64,000 bases of DNA from Candidatus Bathyarchaeota archaeon (GTDB lineage: Archaea > Thermoproteota > CALKCG01 > B24 > DRYS01). The DNA lies in the NCBI GenBank assembly GCA_018396535.1, contig JAGTQC010000002.1:96001-160000 (forward strand), written 5' to 3'. Below, in pieces: positions 58,827-64,000 of the stretch. The stretch's first letter is position 1; every line of letters starts with the position of its first letter. A program made the translations under genes and the position numbers. The notes beneath the pieces were generated by a model, which was given only the letters and a program-made list of their open reading frames with translations, made no database searches and had not been told where the DNA came from.

Positions 58827-59283
58827 CCGTTAGCTTCTTAGCTACTTCAACCCTCTTAATCTGAGCCCTGATGTCGCGGCTAGTAAGGGTTAACGCATCT
58901 TCCGGGCATGCGTCTATGCAGAGAGGTGAGCCATCGCATAGATCGCATACTATAGCCACCATCCTCAAAGGATGAAGCATTATAACGCCGAAGTCGCATG
59001 CCTCTATACATAACCCACATCCAACACATTTATCCTCATCGACCACTATATGCCCATCTTGAGCTTGTGTGAGAGCATCCCTAGGACAAGCCTTAACGCA
59101 TGGAGGGTTTTCGCAAAGTACGCATGTTAAAGCTACATTCCTATATGGGTAGAGGCGTACACTCCTTATCCTAGAGGCAACGGAGCTAAATCTATTCTCA
59201 TGCTTCAAAGAGCATACAAGCTCGCAGATGCCGCATCCTACGCATTTGGAGGGGTCGCAATATACAAACTTGAACTTCTTCAA
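58807..59283 (-). CDS. 4x[4Fe-4S] ferredoxin-type subunit
   Basis: CVGCGICELVC, CVLCENPPCVKACP, CVGCGLCIEAC, CDLCDG.P.CIDACP. Confidence 0.9.
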   Translation of the reverse strand: MKKFKFVYCDPSKCVGCGICELVCSLKHENRFSSVASRIRSVRLYPYRNVALTCVLCENPPCVKACPRDALTQAQDGHIVVDEDKCVGCGLCIEACDFGVIMLHPLRMVAIVCDLCDGSPLCIDACPEDALTLTSRDIRAQIKRVEVAKKLTGGSSEG

Positions 59284-59292
59284 GACGATATC

Positions 59293-61149
59293 TCACCTCG
59301 CTATGTAGCTTATGAGCGGAATATATTCTTCTATACCGAGCTCTAGAAGTTTAGATGGGCGGGGTACACCTTCACTATCCCAGCCTCTAGCCTCGTAATA
59401 GTCAAGGATTAGCATTCTAAGTTCTTCAGGCGCAACTTTACTACCCTTCGCAAGCCCCTCTGGTATAGGGTCTTTCATCACTCTTGGTGGGAGCGTATCG
59501 TCCATCCATGTGAGCCCCTCACGCATATTATATATACGGGCTAGGTTGCTTATCCTTTCAGCGCTCTTTAGTAGATCTGCAGCTGAGAACTGGAAGCCTG
59601 TAACTAGATTGTATATGTAGGCTATCTCCTCTAAACCCTTCCATGCCGCTCTTGTAAACTTACAGAGAGGTAAGGAGTCGTATACGATGTATATATCCTC
59701 GCTTTCAGCTACAAGTTTTCCCCGACCTCTTTCAGCTTTAAATCTATCAACTTTACCGCTTAAATCGAAGCTGTAAGCTCCATGTGTCTGATGGTGGGCT
59801 CCTCTCCTAGAGACTGCATAGCCTAACGCAGCTGTTTTCAACCCTCTAACGTCATACCCGGTCATCTCGACACCTTTCACATGCATAGCAAAATCTATGC
59901 TACCACTAATCTTCTCGGAAGCTCTCTTAACACCCTCAGCGAGTATGCTACCTAGATTTTCTCGGAAGGCTATCTGCTCAATCATAGTGAGTAAAGCCTC
60001 TGAATTACCGAATTCGAGAGCCACTCCACCAGTATCTTCCCTGGATATTAGGCCTCTGGAGAAGCACTCCATAACGAAGCCTATCACCACACCTGTCGAG
60101 ATAGCATCCATGCCGTAGAGATCGCATAGCTCTATCGCCTTTATCACAGCGTCAAGCTCCCTTACACCGCAGTAAGGTCCAAGAGCCCATAATGACTCAT
60201 ACTCAACCCTAACGGTAGTACCTTTAAACTTTCCATCTTTAACCTCAGCCACATGTTCACACCTCATAGGGCAGGAGGGGCATGCCTGTATCTTAGCTAC
60301 GAACATTTCGTTTAATGTTTCACCACTAACCTGTAATGCTCCGTCAAACATTGCCTCCCTATAGTTCCTAGTAGGAAGGGCTGCGGCAGTATTTAGTACG
60401 AGTATGTTTGCCGATGTACCTAGCGTTCTATACTTGGTAGTAGCTGGTCCTTGAAGCCTATGGTAAAGTTCTAGGCACTTTTCCTGAAGGGTCTTCGGCT
60501 CAGCTACCTCGACTGCACCGGTACCCCTTACGGCGATGGCTTTAATGTTCTTACTACCCATGACGGCTCCTAACCCAGTCCTACCTGCAGCTCTATACCT
60601 ATCGTTCATTATACAGGCAAATCTGACAAGGTTCTCACCTGCAGGCCCGATGGAGGCAACCCTCACCTCGTGGTCGCCGAGCTCTCTACGTATAGTATCC
60701 TCGGTTTCCCATGTAGTCTTCCCCCATAGATGTGATGCATCTAGGAAATGCACCGTGTCATCCTCTATATATAGGTATAATGGTCTATCAGCCTTACCCT
60801 TAACTACTAGTGCATCATAACCAGCTCTCTTAAACTCGAGACACCAAAAGCCGGCGGAATATGCCTCCCCGAGGAGATTTGATAGGGGGGATTTAGCGAA
60901 AACGCCATATCTAGAACTGCATGGAACCATAGTACCTACGAATGGGCCTACAGTAAATACGAGCGGGTTACATGGATGGAATGGGTCTATTCTGGGCTCC
61001 TGATAGTCCATTAGAAGCTTTATACCTATACCAGTCGCTCCAAGCCACTTCTTAATGAAACCCTCATCTAGAGGTATAGTCTTATAGCTTCTCTCAGTGA
61101 CATCTATATACAAAATTCTACCCATAAATCCGTAGGGCATAATAGTCAC
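59293..61149 (-). CDS. aor: Tungsten aldehyde:ferredoxin oxidoreductase family
   Basis: KSPL, SIGPAGENLV, AGRTG.GAVMGSKN.KAI, CPSCPMRC, EYES, D.YG.D.IS, LCKF, DTLP.R, YYEARGW. Confidence 0.93.
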   Translation of the reverse strand: MTIMPYGFMGRILYIDVTERSYKTIPLDEGFIKKWLGATGIGIKLLMDYQEPRIDPFHPCNPLVFTVGPFVGTMVPCSSRYGVFAKSPLSNLLGEAYSAGFWCLEFKRAGYDALVVKGKADRPLYLYIEDDTVHFLDASHLWGKTTWETEDTIRRELGDHEVRVASIGPAGENLVRFACIMNDRYRAAGRTGLGAVMGSKNIKAIAVRGTGAVEVAEPKTLQEKCLELYHRLQGPATTKYRTLGTSANILVLNTAAALPTRNYREAMFDGALQVSGETLNEMFVAKIQACPSCPMRCEHVAEVKDGKFKGTTVRVEYESLWALGPYCGVRELDAVIKAIELCDLYGMDAISTGVVIGFVMECFSRGLISREDTGGVALEFGNSEALLTMIEQIAFRENLGSILAEGVKRASEKISGSIDFAMHVKGVEMTGYDVRGLKTAALGYAVSRRGAHHQTHGAYSFDLSGKVDRFKAERGRGKLVAESEDIYIVYDSLPLCKFTRAAWKGLEEIAYIYNLVTGFQFSAADLLKSAERISNLARIYNMREGLTWMDDTLPPRVMKDPIPEGLAKGSKVAPEELRMLILDYYEARGWDSEGVPRPSKLLELGIEEYIPLISYIAR

Positions 61150-61151
61150 CC

Positions 61152-61484
61152 TTATATGTCGAATATCACCTCAGCCACCCTGACCCTCTTCAAGCTAGAT
61201 TCCTTCATAAGGTTAGAGAATGCGTCTCTGAAATCCTGGCATGCTACCCTAGGCCTATGACCCCTTACACAAGCCGTAAACCCATTGACCAACACAATAT
61301 TCTCACAGTAAAGGCAAAAACCCCCGTAATCTCTGATAAACCTTGGCGAGTCAGGTTTAGGCTTAAAGTCCCCGCATGCTATCTTAGGTCTATGATTTCT
61401 TACGCATGCAGCGAACCCCTCTATATCCCTACGCTCTACAAAATTCAGGCAGTTTCTACAGAAGTTCGGTTTAGGCTGAATCAT
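61152..61484 (-). CDS. Small Cys-rich protein with two tandem CxxC...C...H...C repeats
   Basis: FCRNCLN..GFAACVRNHRPKIACGDF and FCLYCEN..GFTACVRGHRPRVACQDF; tightly coupled within the operon. Confidence 0.75.
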   Translation of the reverse strand: MIQPKPNFCRNCLNFVERRDIEGFAACVRNHRPKIACGDFKPKPDSPRFIRDYGGFCLYCENIVLVNGFTACVRGHRPRVACQDFRDAFSNLMKESSLKRVRVAEVIFDI

Positions 61485-61496
61485 GCTTCTGTACCC

Positions 61497-63089
61497 CTAA
61501 CCGTCTAATAGTATTGACTCCATAGCTTCAGCCTCAGACTCCTCAGGTAGGGGTAGCCCGGTAGCTTTCGCAGCCCTTTCCGTTAAGGCGAAAAGGTCTC
61601 TCCTAGATGCTAAGCTTAGCTTAAACTTACGCATACCAGCTAGTAGTTGCTGCAGCCCCACCCTTATCCTCTCCATATATCCGTAGACCCCTAAAGCACC
61701 CCACGGAACGGATCCTATCCTATCTCCAAGTTTAGGCTGTAGCTCTGAGAACGCTATGAAGAACTTGTACGGATCCTCTCCATATATGTATGAGAAGTTT
61801 TTAGGTACACTACCTTTCGAGGCTAGTCTAGCGAAGTATTCCGCTTTCATAGCTGCGGTGAGGATAGCCCTACCTATAACGACGGCTTTAACATACTGGC
61901 CTTCACCGAAGTTGCTCATAGCTATAGCCTTCAAAATCTGTGTTTCGTTTATGAAACCACCAGCCATGACTATGTCCGGGACATACCTACCTCTACTCCT
62001 AAGTATCTCCGCACACCTGAGAACTTGAGCCTCTAAGTATACCGTTGGAACCCCCATTTCATCCATCATGGATACCGGACTCATACCAGTACCTCCTTCA
62101 CAGCCATCAAATGTTATATAGTCTATCTTAGCTTCCGATGCAAGCTTCAACGTGTAGGCCGTAGCCGTAGGCCTGTAGGCTCCTGTTTTAAGACTTATAT
62201 GCTTAGCACCATGCTCCCTAAGCCTATCTATCCCCTCAAGGAATTCCTCCCTAGATGCCATACCTACACGGCTATGCCTCTCGAAGCTTTTGAAGAACCC
62301 AGCCTTAAACGCAGCCTGGATCTCGGGATCCTCTGGATCCGGTATGACAAGGTAGCCTCTCCTCTTAAGCATTAAAGCTCTATCTAGATCTGCCACCCTA
62401 ACCTCTCCGCCTATAGCCTTAGCACCCTGACCCCACTTTATTTCTATCACATCGACCTCAAGCTTCGTCAACGCGTATATTCCTACCCCTAACCTCTCAT
62501 CTTCTACGTTTGTCTGTACAGCTATACCTCCATATATGCCATCCCAAAACTCTCTGTAGGATTCGACTCTAGATCTTAACGCAGGAGACTCTACGATCTT
62601 ACCGTTAGAGATTACGGCATCAGGATCCATACCGCATACATTCTCACCGATTGTAACGAGTATACCAGATAGTGCAGCTCCTATAGCTACGCCTCTCCAA
62701 TACTTAGCTGCTACAGCGGTGGATCCTAAAGCCCCTGTAATGACTGGGATTCTAAGCCTAATCCCGCCGACGGAAGTTTCGACATCTACGTTTGGAAATA
62801 AGGCTTTATCTGGATCAGGCTCTATACCTTCAACACCCCTTACTTCGCAGTGGAAGTTAAAGTGGCTCCAATCTAAGCCGTAATCCTTTACAGCTCCAGC
62901 TGTGCTGAGGCCGAAGAGGAATGGCGCAGGGTAGAGAGCTTCTCTCCCTCTAAACGCTGATAATGCTATCTCGCATATGAAGGGGCACTCTTCTATGCAG
63001 AGCGGGCACATCCCGCTTGTAGCAGCCGGATCCTCAACCCTTAAGGTTGTCCATGTAGTTGACTTAGAGTTAAGATATGATGAATTCAT
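61497..63089 (-). CDS. Glutamate synthase FMN-binding-domain protein (archaeal GltB-like)
   Basis: N-terminal C..C...C...CE, GENV.G.D, EIKWGQGAK, KTG, DG.EGGTG, AGG. Confidence 0.85.
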   Translation of the reverse strand: MNSSYLNSKSTTWTTLRVEDPAATSGMCPLCIEECPFICEIALSAFRGREALYPAPFLFGLSTAGAVKDYGLDWSHFNFHCEVRGVEGIEPDPDKALFPNVDVETSVGGIRLRIPVITGALGSTAVAAKYWRGVAIGAALSGILVTIGENVCGMDPDAVISNGKIVESPALRSRVESYREFWDGIYGGIAVQTNVEDERLGVGIYALTKLEVDVIEIKWGQGAKAIGGEVRVADLDRALMLKRRGYLVIPDPEDPEIQAAFKAGFFKSFERHSRVGMASREEFLEGIDRLREHGAKHISLKTGAYRPTATAYTLKLASEAKIDYITFDGCEGGTGMSPVSMMDEMGVPTVYLEAQVLRCAEILRSRGRYVPDIVMAGGFINETQILKAIAMSNFGEGQYVKAVVIGRAILTAAMKAEYFARLASKGSVPKNFSYIYGEDPYKFFIAFSELQPKLGDRIGSVPWGALGVYGYMERIRVGLQQLLAGMRKFKLSLASRRDLFALTERAAKATGLPLPEESEAEAMESILLDG

Positions 63090-63133
63090 AACCGAAAAAC
63101 GTTAAATGCATTATAGCAGGTTTATAAATGTAT

Positions 63134-63149
63134 CGGAAAACGGTTACCG
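63134..63149 (-). promoter_or_regulatory. NrpR-like operator next to the gltB-operon TATA
   Basis: CGGAA-AACGGT-TACCG, one mismatch from GGAA-N6-TTCC; TATA TTTATAAA at 63121-63128. Confidence 0.5.
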
Positions 63150-63258
63150 TATACTATACCGTAATTTATAGTATTCTAGAATATCTAGGTTGGTTTAATG
63201 TAGGAAGCTGGATAACGTAAACCTAAAGTTTAAACTTCGAGCATCACCCTCCTATAGT

Positions 63259-63516
63259 ATGGGGATGACCCTGGTTCAGATTGGATTAGCGTTACTTATG
63301 GTAGGTTTTGTACTCGTAATATGTGGAATTATTATTACGGTGATTCAAAATCTTAGATGGGCTAGACGGAGGATTGGAGGAGCTATACTCATAGGACCTT
63401 TCCCCATAGTATTTGGGGATAAAGATCTTATTAAATATAGTTTCATCCTTCTAGCAATCATGATCGTGTTAACGCTGGTTCTACTATTGCTACCACCGAT
63501 ATTAGCTTCACTTTAA
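63259..63516 (+). CDS. DUF131 (TIGR00304) membrane protein
   Basis: GG.ILIGPFPIVFG motif. Confidence 0.85.
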   Translation: MGMTLVQIGLALLMVGFVLVICGIIITVIQNLRWARRRIGGAILIGPFPIVFGDKDLIKYSFILLAIMIVLTLVLLLLPPILASL

Positions 63517-63612
63517 TCTACGTCATCCATAGGTTGAATTACCTATGAAAAAGATAAGGGTTATCTTTTACTTAGCGATCTTTGATTCTTAGGTGGAGGG
63601 AAGTCTAAGTAG

Positions 63613-64000
63613 ATGGTAGTATTATGCGAGGAGTGCGGTAGATATCAAGCTAGGTATGTGTGCGAAGATTGCGGTAAGAGGGTCTGTGCTATATGTTTCG
63701 ATACGTATTCGGGATTATGTAAATCATGTTTAAAAGAGCGTTATACTAAACCTTACCTAGAGGTTAAACCGATTGGATTTATGGAGCTCCCCCTAATCAT
63801 GATACTTCTAGGTGTTACTCTCATGTTTATAGGAGCACTTCTCATAGGGTTATCTGGGTTTGAATCTGGAAGTATAAGTGGTGGTATAGTTGTGATACCA
63901 TTCATTCCCATACCTATAGGTTTAGCTTTTGGTCCTTATAGCCTGGTTCTAGTAGTTTTAGCATATATATTAGCTGTAATCTTCTTCGTGTTAGCAATCA
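63613..64000 (+). CDS. Zn-finger plus DUF131-like membrane protein (partial, runs off the window)
   Basis: CEECG..ARYVCEDCG..VCAICF....LCKSC, then TM and GG.VVIPFIPIPIG.AFG. Confidence 0.75.
   Translation, partial: MVVLCEECGRYQARYVCEDCGKRVCAICFDTYSGLCKSCLKERYTKPYLEVKPIGFMELPLIMILLGVTLMFIGALLIGLSGFESGSISGGIVVIPFIPIPIGLAFGPYSLVLVVLAYILAVIFFVLAI

Noticed and set aside
1-64000. CRISPR array, rRNA genes, intact IS elements, inteins
   Set aside because: No periodic repeat-spacer pattern, rRNA-like tract, transposase ORF or oversized conserved protein was seen by eye.

Overview
A 64-kb archaeal chromosomal segment. eS1, eL37, SmAP1, Hjc, NreA, Pcc1, an arcadin-1 homologue and BHB-intron tRNAs point to a TACK/Thermoproteota lineage; Bathyarchaeia-like is only my inference. 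1-21.2 kb is mostly housekeeping (uS15-DHH-Pcc1-eS1, moaA, hjc, ppsA, nreA, SmAP1-eL37), plus an orphan group-3b [NiFe]-hydrogenase large subunit, an arcadin-1-like gene, a candidate C/D-box sRNA and a tRNA-Met(CAT) with two non-canonical introns. 21.2-45.1 kb is an accessory region bracketed by convergent tRNA-Ala(GGC) and tRNA-Asp(GTC). It holds an ECF transporter module facing a GH31/GH29/GH4/fucose-isomerase-like sugar cluster, a decay zone of pseudogenes (incl. vapBC), and a compositionally foreign glycosylation island ending in an integrase remnant at tRNA-Asp. 45.3-64 kb carries glnA with tandem Lrp/AsnC ligand-binding genes, GH116, TrpY with trpB2 and TRP-box-like motifs, and a tight gltB-like/Cys-repeat/AOR/ferredoxin/MoaD operon preceded by an NrpR-like operator. 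Three genes appear to begin at non-canonical codons (ACG, CTG, ATC) behind good SD motifs. No CRISPR array or rRNA gene was seen. All family calls come from motif recognition by eye; no searches were run.
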